DNA from: Eledone cirrhosa
Taxonomy: Eukaryota
Assembly (NCBI GenBank): GCA_964016885.1
Contig: OZ024742.1
Coordinates: forward strand, 39,432,001-39,496,000
Length of the DNA: 64,000 nucleotides
Direction: 5' to 3'
Shown: in pieces, positions 41,027 to 55,069 of the stretch
Position numbering within the stretch: the stretch's first letter is position 1
Layout of the letters: each line of letters opens with the position of its first letter
Program-made: the position numbers and the translations under genes
Notes under the pieces: model-generated
Told to the model about the DNA's origin: nothing
The model's database searches: none
The model's input: only the letters and a program-made list of their open reading frames with translations

Positions 41027-41207
41027 GAAAAGAGTCAGGACCCCGACCGCTGAGCTCCGGCCGTTTCGACAGCTAGATCCGAACTAAGCCACCAGTATGC
41101 TTTTTGTCGATCAATTACTGTTTATTCGAGCGACAGTAACTCTCTTTTCATTCTATTTCTTCTTTGTTTTCTCCCTATATCCCTCTCTTCCCTTTCATCC
41201 CTTAGAG

Positions 41208-41414
41208 CAGGCATTTCAAACTGAGGGTCCCCCCGAGGGCCAACATGGGTCACATATGTGTTGTCTGAGGGCCACGCATGACAACTAATTGCGCACATTA
41301 CAACTAATATTTTTTATTTTATATCACGCTCGCGCTGTAAAAATATTTATACGGGCCGTAGGTGTGCTTGTGAATGGCCGCATGGGGCCCGTGGGCTGCA
41401 TGTTGACATTCCTG
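41208..41414. mobile_element. hAT (Charlie-like) MITE
   Basis: TIRs caggcatttcaaac / tgttgacattcctg; perfect 8-bp TSD ccttagag. Confidence 0.9.
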
Positions 41415-41971
41415 CCTTAGAGGTTGCTAATCGATTTTGTTTGGGCCGGCCAACTACATTATTTTCAGGAAAGTTTAAATTTTCCTTTTTCCAGCGTTAA
41501 TCTGTTGTACGTTTTACAACATCTTTAGTTTTAATTCGGTCACAAGTTTATTGTTTATTTATTTCTAGTTGTAATATTTTTATGTATTTATCTCTGTTTT
41601 TATTTTTGTTGTTGTTAAAAGACACGCGTAAATTTTCCTGCCCATTCATTGTTATAATATTGTCGCCAATCTGTTGTGCAAATTGGTGTTACACGTATAA
41701 CTTAATGCACGGAATTGCACAAAGAAATGTGGCTGATGAGGTCGAGACGCATTTGTCAGTTTGTCTTATGTAACTGTTTTTCTCTATGCATCTTCCGCTT
41801 TTACTAAACACCTGAAGATTAGGTCACGATTTTACATCCTCTTAGAATCCGAAGAGATGGTCATTATTGGATCTTGAAATCTTAGGTAGCTCTTTTGTTC
41901 CGTGTATGAATAAATAATATATATACAATAATTATATGTATATGCATGCATGTATGCATGTGTGTGTGTGA

Positions 41972-42058
<87 letters not shown>

Positions 42059-42367
42059 TATGTATGTGTATATATATGAACATGTGTGTGTGTTAGTATA
42101 TACGGTTGTGTGTGTGTGTGTGTATAATTAAATGCCACGTAAGCACTTATATAGTAGTGAACATATCCATCTCCCCCCCCCCCTCGATTTCCACCCTTCT
42201 CTCTGGTATGGATAACAGTCTTTCCTGTATGTATGGCTGTATATGTTGCCAATCTAGGTCAATATAATTAACTTTCTCTCGCCATGAATCCATTCCCAGT
42301 CAAGTAAATCCCTATTCGCTTCGAATGACATATTCGTTTTCCTGTGTGGTTTTCATACAACACACAC

Positions 42368-42418
<51 letters not shown>

Positions 42419-42506
42419 TATCTAAGTGAGTGTGTGTGTATTTATATAAATTTATACGCGCGCGCGCACGCACACACACACATATTATATATATATATAC
42501 ACACAC

Positions 42507-42573
<67 letters not shown>

Positions 42574-42639
42574 TCACACACAGAAGATACCGTCTGATTT
42601 CAAGTTTATTAAAGATGAAATTGTGGTGTGTATTAAGAT

Positions 42640-43680
42640 TGAGTTGATGCCACAGCTGATAAAGGGCCTGATGGGGTCCAGGACTTTTGAAGAAGTTTAC
42701 ATCTTTACAGGAGCAAACTGCAGCTCAAATGAATGCCATGTTAAACAGCATTACAGAGATACCTATATGGATGTCAACGGGTAAAACTGTGTTCTCTTAG
42801 AAGAACCTTCTTAAATGCAATGTAGTGGATCCTTTTAGAGCCATATCTTGCTTGTCACTAATGTGGAAACTTATGACTCGAATCATCTCGGAGATCATAT
42901 ATAAGTTCCCGGAGGAGAATGAAATTCTTCTGGAAGAACAGAAAGGGTGTAAAAAGAACAGCGTACAAAATACCAACTGCTGATTTATAAAACAATCTTT
43001 GCAAATTGTAAAAAGCGACACAAGAACTTAGCCATTGCGTGGGTGGACTATAACAAAGCCTACAATATGGTACCCCACAGTTGGGTATTAGAGTGTCTGA
43101 AATGTATTCAAGTGCCAGACAATGTAATTAGGTTTATGGAATGATCGATAGCCCGCTGGAAAAAAGAGTTAATTTCTGTGGGGGAACAGTTAGGATCTGT
43201 AAACATACGAAGGGATGTATTTCAGGGAGACAGTTTATCACCACATTTATTTGTCATCTCTATGATCCCTCTGACCCAAGCCCTTGGAAAAGTGAGAATG
43301 GGAAATATGCTAGATGGTATAAAAATCAACTGTTATTCATGAATGATTTAAAGTTCTTTGCTAAAAAAAGAGGACTAAATTGACAGCTTAACATCTACTG
43401 TAAACCTAATTAGTCAGGATACTGGGATGGAGTTTGAGATAAAAAAAAAGGTGGTGTTGTAACCCTGAAACGTGGAAAACTAACAAAGACCAGAAAGATT
43501 GAGCTTACAAATGGCCAGACTATTAAAGAAGTCGAAGAGGAAGGGTATAAGTATTTGGGAGTATTTGAGTTGAATAAGAGCAAAAAGAGAGAAATACCTG
43601 AGGTGGGTGAGACTTGTAATGTCGTCTAAATAAATTGAATGGAAGGAATAAAATCATCTCGATCATCTCGATCAACAAGG
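42640..43680 (+). pseudogene. R4/Dong-type non-LTR RT fragment, heavily decayed
   Basis: FRAISCLSLMWKL, EEQKGCK, AWVDYNKAYNMVPHSW, GVFQGDSLSP, LLFMNDLK, YKYLG. Confidence 0.8.
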
Positions 43681-44049
43681 GCACTATATGCAAGAGCCTC
43701 TCTCCGATCTATTCTCTCCACTCTACAGGCATGTTTTGAGTAGGCCCATCCCCTCAGGTCATTTTTTCTACATTCACCAACCTTTTAACTTGGGAGCCAG
43801 CACTTTTCTCTCTATCCTCATCTTCCTTTCCAAGTAGATGTCCGCACATCAATAGCTACGGCATGCCAAGCACTCCGCACAAAAGGTGCCGGCAGCAGAA
43901 GGATCGCCTAACTAGTTGAGCACATCCTTTCAACAAGAAGAGAAAGAGCATATGCTCTAATCTGGTGAGACTAAGACTGGGGCATTGGCATGGAATTCAG
44001 GCGGAAATTATGAATGTGTTTGCGACAGCTTCCTCTCAGACAATTTTTG

Positions 44050-44700
44050 GGTGAGACCGAGCACCTTGTTCGTTGTCCCAGTAGTTATTCACCTGGAGGT
44101 TCGAACTAAACCAGATCCTGAACAACTTAACCAGTTCGTCAGTACAGCACACAACGGCGCTGTCGGACAGCAAGGACTTGCTTCTTCAAGTGCCGAGCTG
44201 CAAACTAATAGACTTATCCTGGTTAATGTTTGCTCATTCATGTCAACATTTGGTGCTACTTTAGGAAAGTACTGCCACTTCAATTTCCGAAGTAATCGAC
44301 ACCATTACAGTGACGTCATCAGGATATGCTCACACAGCTCTTCCACGTCCTGTTTCGAGTGTGATGCCCTACAACAACTTCAGCTTCCGCAGTAGTGGCA
44401 CGAAATTCAATTCGTACAGAAAGAAGGAGAGGGGACACCCTTAACGGACAGAATATGTAGTCTAAAATAATTCCGATAGACGGTCATTTACTTTGACTGC
44501 TGATTAGTCGTCGCTATGCTTTTAAGCGATCCAGCTTCTGACGACGGTACCAAAACCAGCTGCCTTGAGGAAAGCCTCACAATAGCAATTTCCCTTGACC
44601 TATCGGCGACGCTACTGTCGTGTCTCGTTTATTTCCTTATGTGCGTAGATATTTCAACAGGAATCAGTAGTTTACACATTTCTATTTCGACACAATGAAG
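44050..44700 (-). mobile_element. possible Gypsy gag/protease relic
   Basis: weak motifs only (WFWYRR, LRKLKWQYF.VA). Confidence 0.3.
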
Positions 44701-45114
44701 CACAATAAACTCTAGAACTGCAGCGAGCTTGTAACAATAATAACATTGGACGTAATTCTGTGGCGACAGACAATTGTGAACTCTTCAAAACGTCAGACTG
44801 TACTTTGAACCTGTTGGATAAAATTGTGTAACCCCGTTTAGCTAGCTGAAACATGATATATAAGCAAAAACACGAGCACACTTGAAACACGTGAGTATAT
44901 GAATTGTTGGCGTTAAATAATTAAACGATTACACTGCAGTTGTTAGGTAACACTCAATACGAATTCAATACACGACAGTCTTAAAGCATGAAAGGAGTAG
45001 AGTTATAGGATAGAAATTTTGAATTATATCCCCCGTGTTCGTATCTTTCCTAATCAGTGCTAATACTCCACAACTCACAGGAATAAGAAATCTCTTATTC
45101 TGTAGCTAGTTGCA

Positions 45115-45680
45115 GTAGACAACTGTCAGGATATCGGTGAACAAGTTCGGCATACCTACGTAAAGTTTGTAGAGAAGAGCATACAATTCGGGCGATCTGC
45201 GCCTCGCGTAATCACTTACAGCTATCAGCTGTTGCTATCAGCTTTTCGCAGCACCCCACACCTTCTGCTGAGAGTCGCAATAGGCTGTCGAAGTAGGAAC
45301 TAAAGTTAACACCGACTCCGGCCACCTTCCCGCCCTGAACAGTTCTGCAAACTGCTGTTGGAAAGCTGCACCTATCTGCTTGGAATTGAACAGCACGCGC
45401 CCAAAGACTGGATTTTGACATTTTGAAACGCTGCGCTTCTGCACCTTGGGCTCATCGAACGGCAATTGTTTCTTCGTGTCTCAGAACACGTGTCTTAGCT
45501 CTGACAACACAACCTTCGTGTTTCACAGAGAAGAAATTGTCAATTATCATTCTCGCAGTCAGTACATCGGTTATGGTGCCACTGCTAATCAACTCTTCTA
45601 GCTATTCTATTTTCACCTATTGATAATTCTTTGCTAAAAAACTATTGATTCTACTCTAATCACTCTCTTACGAGCGCGCC
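45115..45680 (-). pseudogene. Tx1 ORF2 fragment
   Basis: KHEGCVVRAKTRVLRHE and AFQQQFAELF match the ORF2 at 31150-31350. Confidence 0.85.
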
Positions 45681-45827
<147 letters not shown>

Positions 45828-45851
45828 TATACAAAGTGTTAAAACGATCAA

Positions 45852-45949
45852 ATTTTAGTTTAGAACATTTGTTTGCTGACAATTGTTTTTTCCAGAGGGA
45901 AGTCTGGAATCATCGGAGCATAAGGAATGTCGAAACATGTAACTAAAAT
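45852..45949 (+). ncRNA. decayed hammerhead with long stem II
   Basis: stem I attttagt/actaaaat, GAAA catg TA (palindrome ACATGT); core reduced to TTAGA; ~200-bp island between (TA)n tracts. Confidence 0.5.
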
Positions 45950-46020
45950 CCTAGTCATTTAGAACATTTAGGGTACATAATTGTTATTAGTGTAAAAGGC
46001 ATCATGAGGAGAGTCAGGAG

Positions 46021-46168
<148 letters not shown>

Positions 46169-46834
46169 CTCTCTCTCTCTCTCATGAATGTATATGTGTA
46201 GGCTCTTTGTTTCATGTAATAGGAGGCGCCAGGTTAATTTCACTGGTTTTGGTGTACGGCAGTAGAACGAACATACAGGTCTCTTTATTCTATTTACTAT
46301 AATTTATTTCAAGTGTCAACATTTTTTTTTTAAAGTGTATTCTTTATATGTGTGTGAGTGTGTATTCTACGTCCATTGGTTTAGACGAGGACTATATCAC
46401 ATGATTCCATCAACAGAACAGTCTGCTTGTAAAGTTACGTACAAGTGGCAGGGTTATTCACGTACACGTGAAAGATAGAGAGAGAGGGGAGGAGAGCGAA
46501 AGAAATTAATTTTTAATGTGAAAGAGATAAAAAAAATTAAATGAGAAAAGAGACGGAAAGAGAAAAATGAAAGGCGTCGATAGTGAGATCGGACCAAGGA
46601 AACAATGTTTCTATTGTTGTTTTCATTGCTAATACTATCTGCTGGTCGCAACTCCAGTCAGATGAGGGCGAGATTTGAACTCAGAACGCACAGAGCCTGA
46701 TCAAATACTGTCGAGTCATAGAGAAAGAGAGAGACTAATAAAATATACAGAGAGGGATAAGAATAGGGGAATGGAAAATAAAGACAGGGAGTGAAGGGGA
46801 GAAAGACAAAGGGAATAACGATGATTAATGGATA

Positions 46835-47075
46835 TTTAAGTCTACCACTTTAATTTTCCCATCCAAAATTAAGTCTACCACTAAAAATTAATTTTACGTC
46901 CCTAGATAAAGTTTACCACCCAATATTAAGACTACTACTACCCCAAATTAAGACTACTACTGAAACTTAATTCTACCATCTAAGATCAGGTCTGCCACAA
47001 AATATTAAGTCTATCACCTAAGATAGTCTTCCACTCAAATTAAGTTTACCACACAAAGTTATGTCTATCTCCCAA
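46835..47075. repeat. degenerate minisatellite (aaattaagtctaccac-like unit)
   Basis: about 10 imperfect copies of ttaagtctacca. Confidence 0.75.
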
Positions 47076-47189
47076 ACTGAAACAAAGAAAATAATATTTC
47101 GTTATAATAAAATTTCTAAAATGTTTTAATGACAAAGTATAGTTTCAAAAGTAGATTAGCTTTTGAATATCGAAAGATAATAATTATAT

Positions 47190-47838
47190 GTATATAAATA
47201 AGGAGACACAAAGCAGGCTTTGTTTTACAAACGGCTAACGAATTTAAAAATTAGGTAGTAACATGTGCTTACGCCGTATTTGACTACATAGAATTAGTCT
47301 GTTAGTTGGGATTTTAAAAAACCCATCTGAATGGGAAAAAAAGGATGAGTATTGACGCACATGGGACTCGAGCCCACATCTTTAGATTGTCGGACAAATG
47401 TATTACCATTACACCAACACGCCACCCATGCTTTCTTCTATTCAGAGTGTTTTTTTAAATCCCAACTAACGGACTAATTCTATGTAGTCAAATACGGCGT
47501 AAGCACATGTTACTACCCAATTTTCAAAGTCGCTAGCCGTTTGTAAAACAAAGCCTGCTTCGTGTCTCCCTATTTATATACATATATATATATATATATA
47601 TACACCTACCTACAATGGTTATATAGCTTCTAATTAAATGGAAGAATGCATGAGTGGTGTGATGGTGTAATGGTGTCGCATTGGTCCGGCAAACCACAGA
47701 TGTAAGTTCGTGTCCCATGTACATCAACACTCGTCGTTTTTTTTTTTTTCCATTCACAGGTTTTTTTTAAAAATCCCAACTAACAGACTAATTCTATGTA
47801 GTCAAATACGGGGTAAGCACATGTTACTACCTAATTTT
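47190..47838. mobile_element. tRNA-headed SINE-like family, three copies (- 47190-47438, + 47448-47582, + 47641-47838)
   Basis: A box tggtgtaatggt, B box gctcgagtccc / gttcgtgtccc; shared body aatcccaactaac.gactaattctatgtagtcaaatacgg. Confidence 0.75.
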
Positions 47839-48289
47839 ATAATAATTACAATAACACTAATAATAATATTAAAATACAATTGAATTTTCTTTCGAACCGA
47901 CATATTTGCTTGCCAGAATTCGATAAGAAAATTTGGTATAAGCCAGATGGAAGTCATTTAGTTCTCAGCTGACAGTGGTTTAAAATATTCTCCAGCATCA
48001 TTATTTTTACCAACACTATACTCAAATCTCTCCCACCACAACAACCACTGCTCTTGTCTATATCACCACCATATGTATCCTAAAAATAATATACATAATA
48101 CCAAAAATAGGGCAAAATACATAACGAAACCAAATATAATATCACGACCAAAAGTTCATCAAGCAAACACCAACAGGAATATAAATCCTGAACAGAGAAA
48201 AATCCATTTTTTAACGTCAGGACAACAAAAACCGGAAAAAGAAAAACTCCAGGAGGAAACATACCCAAAACAACTGTACACGAAGATCC

Positions 48290-50519
48290 TAAAATAATTA
48301 ATCTATCCAAAACAGATCTTGACAATGATGAAATGCAAATTCTGTCAAAAGGACTGAAATTCACACCGACTCCAACAGTCAATCACCAAGAACTGAAGAA
48401 GGATACCCAAGAATTCTGTCGAAAATTACGTCTTGTAGAATTCTTCGCTGATAAAAATAATGAGAGTGATGAATCACTAGTAAAGAATAAATCAAATTTC
48501 ACTCCGCCAAAAGGAAGAAATATCTATCTCGACCAATACATTGACATCCTGTCTAAATTTCCTCTTAGACGTAATACTAATGTTAGGCCAAACATTAACA
48601 AATCAGAAATGTCTGCACTTAAACGTATACAAAATGATAAAACAATAATAATTAAACAAGCAGATAAAGGGGGTGCAGTTGTTATAATGGATGCTGAATA
48701 CTACAAGGATTTGGTTGAGGAACAACTGAAAGACACAACATTCTATCATGAAATACCGTCAAATATAGACCACAACATCATGAAGAAGATCAACAACCTG
48801 GCTTCAAAATACCACAACTCACTTACTGATAAGGAAAGAGACTACATCACCAATTTTGAGCCAAAACCCAGCAACCTGTATGGCCTACCGAAAGTTCATA
48901 AGTCAGAAGAAATACAACTGGCAGTAAGAGAACAAAACAGTGAGTACATTAAATTACTACACCCTTAAAACTTAGACCTATTATAGCTGGTCCAACATGC
49001 CCACCCACTGTCTAAGCAATTTTGTTGACATTATTTTGAAACCACTATGTATTCACATACCCAGTTTCATCCGGGATGATATCGACTTCCTGTCCCATCT
49101 TCCCAAAACCACGGAAACGAATTCACTTCTACTTAGTTTTAATGTGGTAAGCCTTTACACCAACATTACACATGATTTAGGAATAAAGGCGGTTAAATAC
49201 TGGGTGGAAAAACATAGAGAAGTGATTCCCATCAGATTCACAGCGCCATTTATATTAGACGCAGTTAAACTTATTCTGGAAAACAACACTTTCTTTTTCA
49301 ATGGAAAGAATTACATCCAAATTAGAGGCACAGCGATGGGAACGAAGTTTGCTCCCGTTTACGCGAACTCTGTAATGGGATACTTAGAACAACAACTCTA
49401 CCAAGAAATAGAGGAAAAATATAGTACTGACTTTAGAAAGTACATTGAAAAATCTTGGAAGAGATACCTTGACGACTGTTTCATCATCTGGACAGAATCT
49501 TTAGATACTCTGGATGAGTTCAATATCCTCCTGAATAACCTACACCCATCTCTCCAATTCACAAAAGGGATGAGTAGGACCAAATTACCATTCCTAGATA
49601 TAATGATAATCAAAAACGACACCACCATTACCACGGAACCACGGATATATATTATAAACACACAGGCACCCATCAATATCTGAATTTTAAGTCGTGCTAT
49701 CCACCTCATACGAAACGCAACATCCCATACTGCCTAGCCAGAAGAATTTGTACCATTGTAGAAGATACGAATACCAGGTACAAACGCCTAACAGAACTAA
49801 GAGAATTTTTGCTCAAACAAAAATACCCATCTCTACTTATAGAAAATGGCAAACAGCGGGCTATAAAAATACCTATACAACAACTTAGGACAACCCAAGG
49901 AAGAAGAAACCAAGAACTTGTCATACCATTTATAATGACACACAACCCATGTCACCAGAATATCTTTAACACTGCCAAAGAAAACCTACCGATCATTGCT
50001 CAAAGTAATGAATTAAAAGGCTTAATCACAGATCGATCTTTGACTCTTAGTAAAAGACAGCCGAAAAATTTGAAGCAATTACTAACAAAAGCAAAGTTTG
50101 ACCTTAACAACAAAGACCAATCATTCACTGTATCTAAATGCAATGATAGTCGATGTGGCACATGTCAATCCATACACGCCGGTCAATATATGAAAACAAA
50201 AACTGGAAAAATATTCCCAAATGCAAATATGAACTGCAAAAGCAGAAATCTAATTTACTGCATTAAATGCCTGAATTGTGAAGAACTATATGTCGGTCAA
50301 ACTGGAAATGCACTATCGGAACGTGCACAGGTACATCGACAGCAAATCAGAGACCCAAATGTCCGTCAGATACCCCTAAGTAACCATCTAGCAACATGTG
50401 GTCAGGGAATATTTATAATATTCCCATTCTACAAATTACACAGCCCAAGTGAAATCAAGAGAAAAATCAAAGAAAAGAATTTTATTGATAAGAATTTTAT
50501 TCAAACGGAAGCTAAATGA
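48290..50519 (+). pseudogene. Neptune-type PLE RT + GIY-YIG ORF, frameshifted
   Basis: IINLS, LSKGLKFTPTP, ADKGG, LYGLPKVHK, GTAMGTKFAP, WKRYLDDC, CNDSRCGTC, NLIYCIKC..C...YVGQT. Confidence 0.95.
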
Positions 50520-50746
50520 ACAATAATAATGGAGGATTACTCCTACTATGACTATGACTACGACCATGTCGACTACGACCACTAACAATAACAACAATAA
50601 TAATAATAATAATAAAAGTGATGTTGATGGTGATGATTACTAGAAAATGCTATTTTCATCATTTCTAAAAATAGCAAAACAATTGATGTTTTGGATAGGA
50701 TCAATTAGTAGTCGTTAGACATGCTCAACCAACCGTGACGCCTAAA

Positions 50747-50843
50747 CCAATCAGCTTTAGTAATCCAGTGAAACTACACACCGATTGGTCGAAATACAGT
50801 TTGCAAGATTTAGCATTCTGGAACCACTTTTCACTGTATATAA
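50747..50843 (+). promoter_or_regulatory. putative pLTR Pol II promoter
   Basis: CCAAT 50747, reverse CCAAT 50784, TATATAA 50837, ~65 nt before the hammerhead. Confidence 0.5.
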
Positions 50844-50906
50844 GGCACAAAATTTACCCATCTCATTACAGTTGAAAATTGCAAACTTGACTGTCACCAC
50901 ACATTA

Positions 50907-50945
50907 TGAACCTGAAGATTGCGAAAGCATGAAAGTACTTGTTCA
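50907..50945 (+). ncRNA. minimal type I hammerhead, canonical core
   Basis: tgaac CTGAAGA t-tgc-gaaa-gca-t GAAA gtac TT gttca; palindrome AGTACT. Confidence 0.9.
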
Positions 50946-51094
50946 ATTAACACTTAACATTTAATATTCTACCATACTATTTCATTCTAATACCATTATA
51001 AAATTAAAGGATTGTAAATAAAACGAGTAAATCAGACAAAGTTGGAATTCCTTTTATTAATATAATCTTCTATACACAATCATACACACCCGTG

Positions 51095-51169
<75 letters not shown>

Positions 51170-51944
51170 AAATATATATATATATATATATATATATACC
51201 CGCATATACATATAAATATATATGTATATATATATAAATATGCGTGTGTATGTGTGTATATATATATATATGTATATATATATACACACACACACATGTA
51301 TGTGAGGTTTTCAATTAATTTAAGCCACACAAATATAGTGTTAATGCTTATGTATATGGTCCGATTGGCCACATTTGCATACAGAGCATTAGACTGGCTC
51401 AGCCATAAGCGTTAAAGCTATGTGCGGCTTATTTGAGTTTCCGTATAAGGCGGGTAAAGGGATGCGTAAACTTGACAACGACAACACAGCCAGAAACAGC
51501 TGGCAGTTGCTTCCCCCACCCCTTGCCTCTATTGGAACTAAGTGTATGGCGCCGGCCACCACCTTTAAAATTCACAGCTAATGGCTTTCAAATGTTTATT
51601 CGTAAATATATCGTATATTATTCGATATATAAATATTCAATACATGAATATACAGAAGTTGGAGCGAAGACCCTAATTCTATTTCTTGTTCAGGCCGAGC
51701 CAGCCTAATGTTCCATATTCAAATGAGGCTAATCAGCCTATATACATAAGAGTTAAAACTATATGTTTGCGGATTTTTTTAGTTCTAGTATGAGGCCGAG
51801 AAAGGGATGCGTAACCTTGGATTCAGTCACACAGTCAGAGATAGCTGTCGATCCCCCCCCCCCTGCTTCAACAGCAATGACAACAATAACGCCAAAAGCA
51901 ACGACAACAGTAACAATAACGTACTCTGTACTCCCCTGTAAGTC

Positions 51945-52190
51945 ATCTAGTTCATATTTAGATAGGGTTTTGATTAGGTTACCATAGCGTGTCCACAACT
52001 TCAAAAGGTTTATTCAGACCACGAATTTGTGATCTGCATAGTTGACCTAAATAGAATATGTAGACAAGTTATTGGAAGCTTAACGCGTCGTTCCCGGCGC
52101 TCAAAGCCCACACGCGACCCGATTAGCGCATTAGTTGAGCTCCGGTTAACAGGGGTTTTCGTCAACAAAAGATACCATTCAGTTTGAGCT
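51945..52190 (+). pseudogene. Tx1 endonuclease fragment
   Basis: SYLDRV, SDHEFVICIVDL, YWKLNASFPA match 30725-30960. Confidence 0.8.
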
Positions 52191-52279
52191 CGAAATAAAT
52201 TTTAATACAGATTGTAATTTGAGTCAACTGCTATAGTGAAATTTTGAATAAACTGTGAATAGTAAGTACTGTATAGAAT

Positions 52280-52900
52280 TAAGCATATAACGTTAGCTGG
52301 CCGAATCAGTGCGATACGTAGAATTTATTATGGCTGACGACCAGGAACTGTTTTGATTCCATTAGAACTGACAACAGAATTAATGAAACGTAGACTTGAT
52401 ATCCAGAAACATTAACTTTGACAATGTGTTTGACCAGTAGGAATTGTAGGAAGCAATTATCGCGAGATGGCTTATCAGATGTACAAGCAATTACACCCGC
52501 TCTGTAAGTAGCCATAACAGACAATTTACTAATATTTCGTAGTGGTCAAGAAATATCAATTTATTTAGCAGCAACAACAGCAACAGTAGCAGCTGCTTGT
52601 AACAATTCTGTCCAGTGACAATTCTTCAAGAAAGCTTCTGGCAATCCGCATGCATTCATTATGAACGCCAGTAATACTGAATCAATGGTAGGTTTAGCTG
52701 ATCAACAGAAATTTTACCTGAGGTAATAATTAAGTCAGCAAACAAATCTATTGTGAATTGTAATATTGCCGGCAAGATGGAGAATACAAAATATACAAAA
52801 GGTGCATCGAAACTATCCGAACAGCGTTGAAAAAGTGGTCAATAAACTACATTCCTCGGTTAATACTTTGTAGAAAGGCATTTGATCTTCGAGACGAATA
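52280..52900 (-). mobile_element. possible Gypsy gag/protease relic
   Basis: weak similarity (FADLII; SGYQVYVSLI...NGIKTV). Confidence 0.3.
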
Positions 52901-53244
52901 CGTACGTTGAAGTTAACAAAATGTCTATTCAATGCTGTACGTAAGTCGCCAGAAACATGCGGAGTAACACCATCAATTTTTAATGGCGTAACAATAGTTG
53001 TCCATTTAAAAAATTCAACAGTTGTTTTAATTTTTTCATGAACTAATTGATCGAAAGCACGTAAATCATCGGGTAACGTTCACCTTTTGCAAAATATCGA
53101 ATCACCAGCAACAACGAGATGCCCTTTAGAAATACTCATAACACTTTTTTAACGGATGCGCTTTAATATAAGATGAGTGGGTTGTTCGAATAAAGAATAT
53201 GTCTCGATACTTAGAAACAAACTTTCATATCTTTGAAATCTTCT

Positions 53245-53420
53245 TCGGTGTTTGACGAACCATGACGTTCTACGCTGTTCAATCTCGGGCGAGATCCAAT
53301 ACTTCTGCAGCTTTGATGTTGAAATTGTCAAAAAGGGACCTCCTTTGATGACCTCTGGCACGCTTCCCAGGAAATTTTCCGCTAATGGAAAGGTCTTCCA
53401 GCATGCCTTTCCTGATGTGA
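53245..53420 (-). mobile_element. RTE LINE 3' fragment
   Basis: alternative frame reads LEDLSISGKFPGKRARGHQRR...LARD. Confidence 0.65.
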
Positions 53421-53804
53421 TGATTAAAATAATAGCAACGACATGAAAGAAACTAAAAATAATAAAAAAAATAGCAGCAACATAAAAGGAGCTAAAAAAT
53501 AGTAACAATAGACTGCCGAAGAAAAGTAAGTTGATAACTCGTGTCATCGTCTAAAGAGATGTATGGTTACGTAATCTCACCTTTGGAAAAGTTTTCCGTT
53601 GCTCAGCTACCGGTGTTCATAATAGATATATGCGAATTGGCAGAAGCTGTCTTTAAGGACCTATCGCTGGACAGAACTGTTACTGGTGTCTTTGTTGCTG
53701 GATAATTTGATATTTGTTGACTGATACGAAATAGGATCTTCAGTGTGAGGGGCAGTGCCATGTGCCAATTAAGGATTCTAGTGTAATTATTAAGAGCTTC
53801 AGTG

Positions 53805-54198
53805 AGGTTAGTGGATTAGCGAATAAAATACATTAAGATATTTCCTTACGGCTCTCTACGTTCTGGTTTCAAATTCCATCGAGGTAAACTTTGTCTGTCA
53901 TCCTTCCAGGGTCGATAAAATAAGGTACCAGTAAAATACTGGTTAGTATAATCGACTTCCCTCTTCTTCCAAAAAGTGTTGTCCTTCTGTTTAAATTAGA
54001 AACCATTATTAGTGGATTGGTAGTATCGGTAGAGGGTCGAACGCCATGCTTTCCAGCATAGTTACGTCCCTTTACGATCTGAGTTCAAATCCCGCCGAGG
54101 TTGACTTTGCCTTTCATCCTTACAGGGTCGATAAAATAAAGTACCAGTAATGCACTGGGTAATTGCTGGCCTTGTGCCTAAAGTAGAAACAATTATTA
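53805..54198 (+). mobile_element. two tandem tRNA-derived SINEs (older 53805-54010, younger 54011-54198)
   Basis: each has a B box and the catcctt..gggtcgataaaat core; the second is near-identical to 23561-23751. Confidence 0.88.
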
Positions 54199-54736
54199 AG
54201 AGTATGAGTATGTGAATGGAACAGGAATCACGCAACTGAAGCAAATATGCAGAGAAAGAAACATCACAATGAAAAACTGGATCAGTCTCTTGTACTGGAA
54301 CTTTCCATATTCTTGTACATATTCTAGAAATGGACTCTTACTGCAGAGATACAGAGAAAGATACATTAAGTAGAAGATCGCGTAATAAGTGAACAGACTC
54401 TATGTATATATATATGTATATATATATATATATGTTAATATCTTTAAGTCGTTTGGAAGCCTCGACAATGCAAATGGGTAAATCTCCGGGTAACAAGGTC
54501 CGGGGTGGTGGAGAGAGAGATGTAAGTGGGTGTACGTTGAGATACGTGGTGTGTATAAGACGTGTAGAAGAATGAAGGAAAGAGTATAAAGGATAAAATA
54601 AAAATAAGAACACGAGAGAGAGTTACCTTGGAAGAGATTTAATTGTTCCTATATATTTCGGATTCACATCTCTCCCTCTCCACCTTCTTATCCGATATCT
54701 GCATTGCTTTATTGTACTACAATAAAACTCACCTCC

Positions 54737-54799
<63 letters not shown>

Positions 54800-54805
54800 T
54801 AAAAT

Positions 54806-54948
54806 AAGGGTGAAAGCAGCGATTCTTTGCTTAAACTTTAATCTGTTATTTTAATAAATATTTGCTCTACGGTTTTTATATATTTGATATATATTTATCC
54901 TTATCGAGCCCTCTTTGGATTTTAGTCTTCAAATTTATTTTATTACTA
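54806..54948 (+). mobile_element. solo PLE tail (A4 family), starting inside the hammerhead
   Basis: reverse complement of 11262-11405. Confidence 0.85.
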
Positions 54949-55012
54949 TATATATATATATATATATATTAAAATACAAATATTAATAAAATAGATATTC
55001 TTTTGATCAATT

Positions 55013-55069
55013 ACATTTTATTATACATATTTCGGATGTACAACAGTACGTCCTCATCAGACAAAATAT
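55013..55069 (-). ncRNA. minimal type I hammerhead
   Basis: tattttgt CTGATGA ggacgtac-tgtt-gtacatcc GAAA tatgta TA ataaaatg; part of a PLE end 54970-55810 with inverted arms 55335-55442 / 55700-55808. Confidence 0.85.

Noticed and set aside
46835-47075. CRISPR-like repeat array
   Set aside because: Degenerate units without unique spacers, eukaryotic context, no cas genes
53149-53547. 132-aa ORF as a host exon
   Set aside because: Another frame on the same strand gives RTE C-terminal motifs
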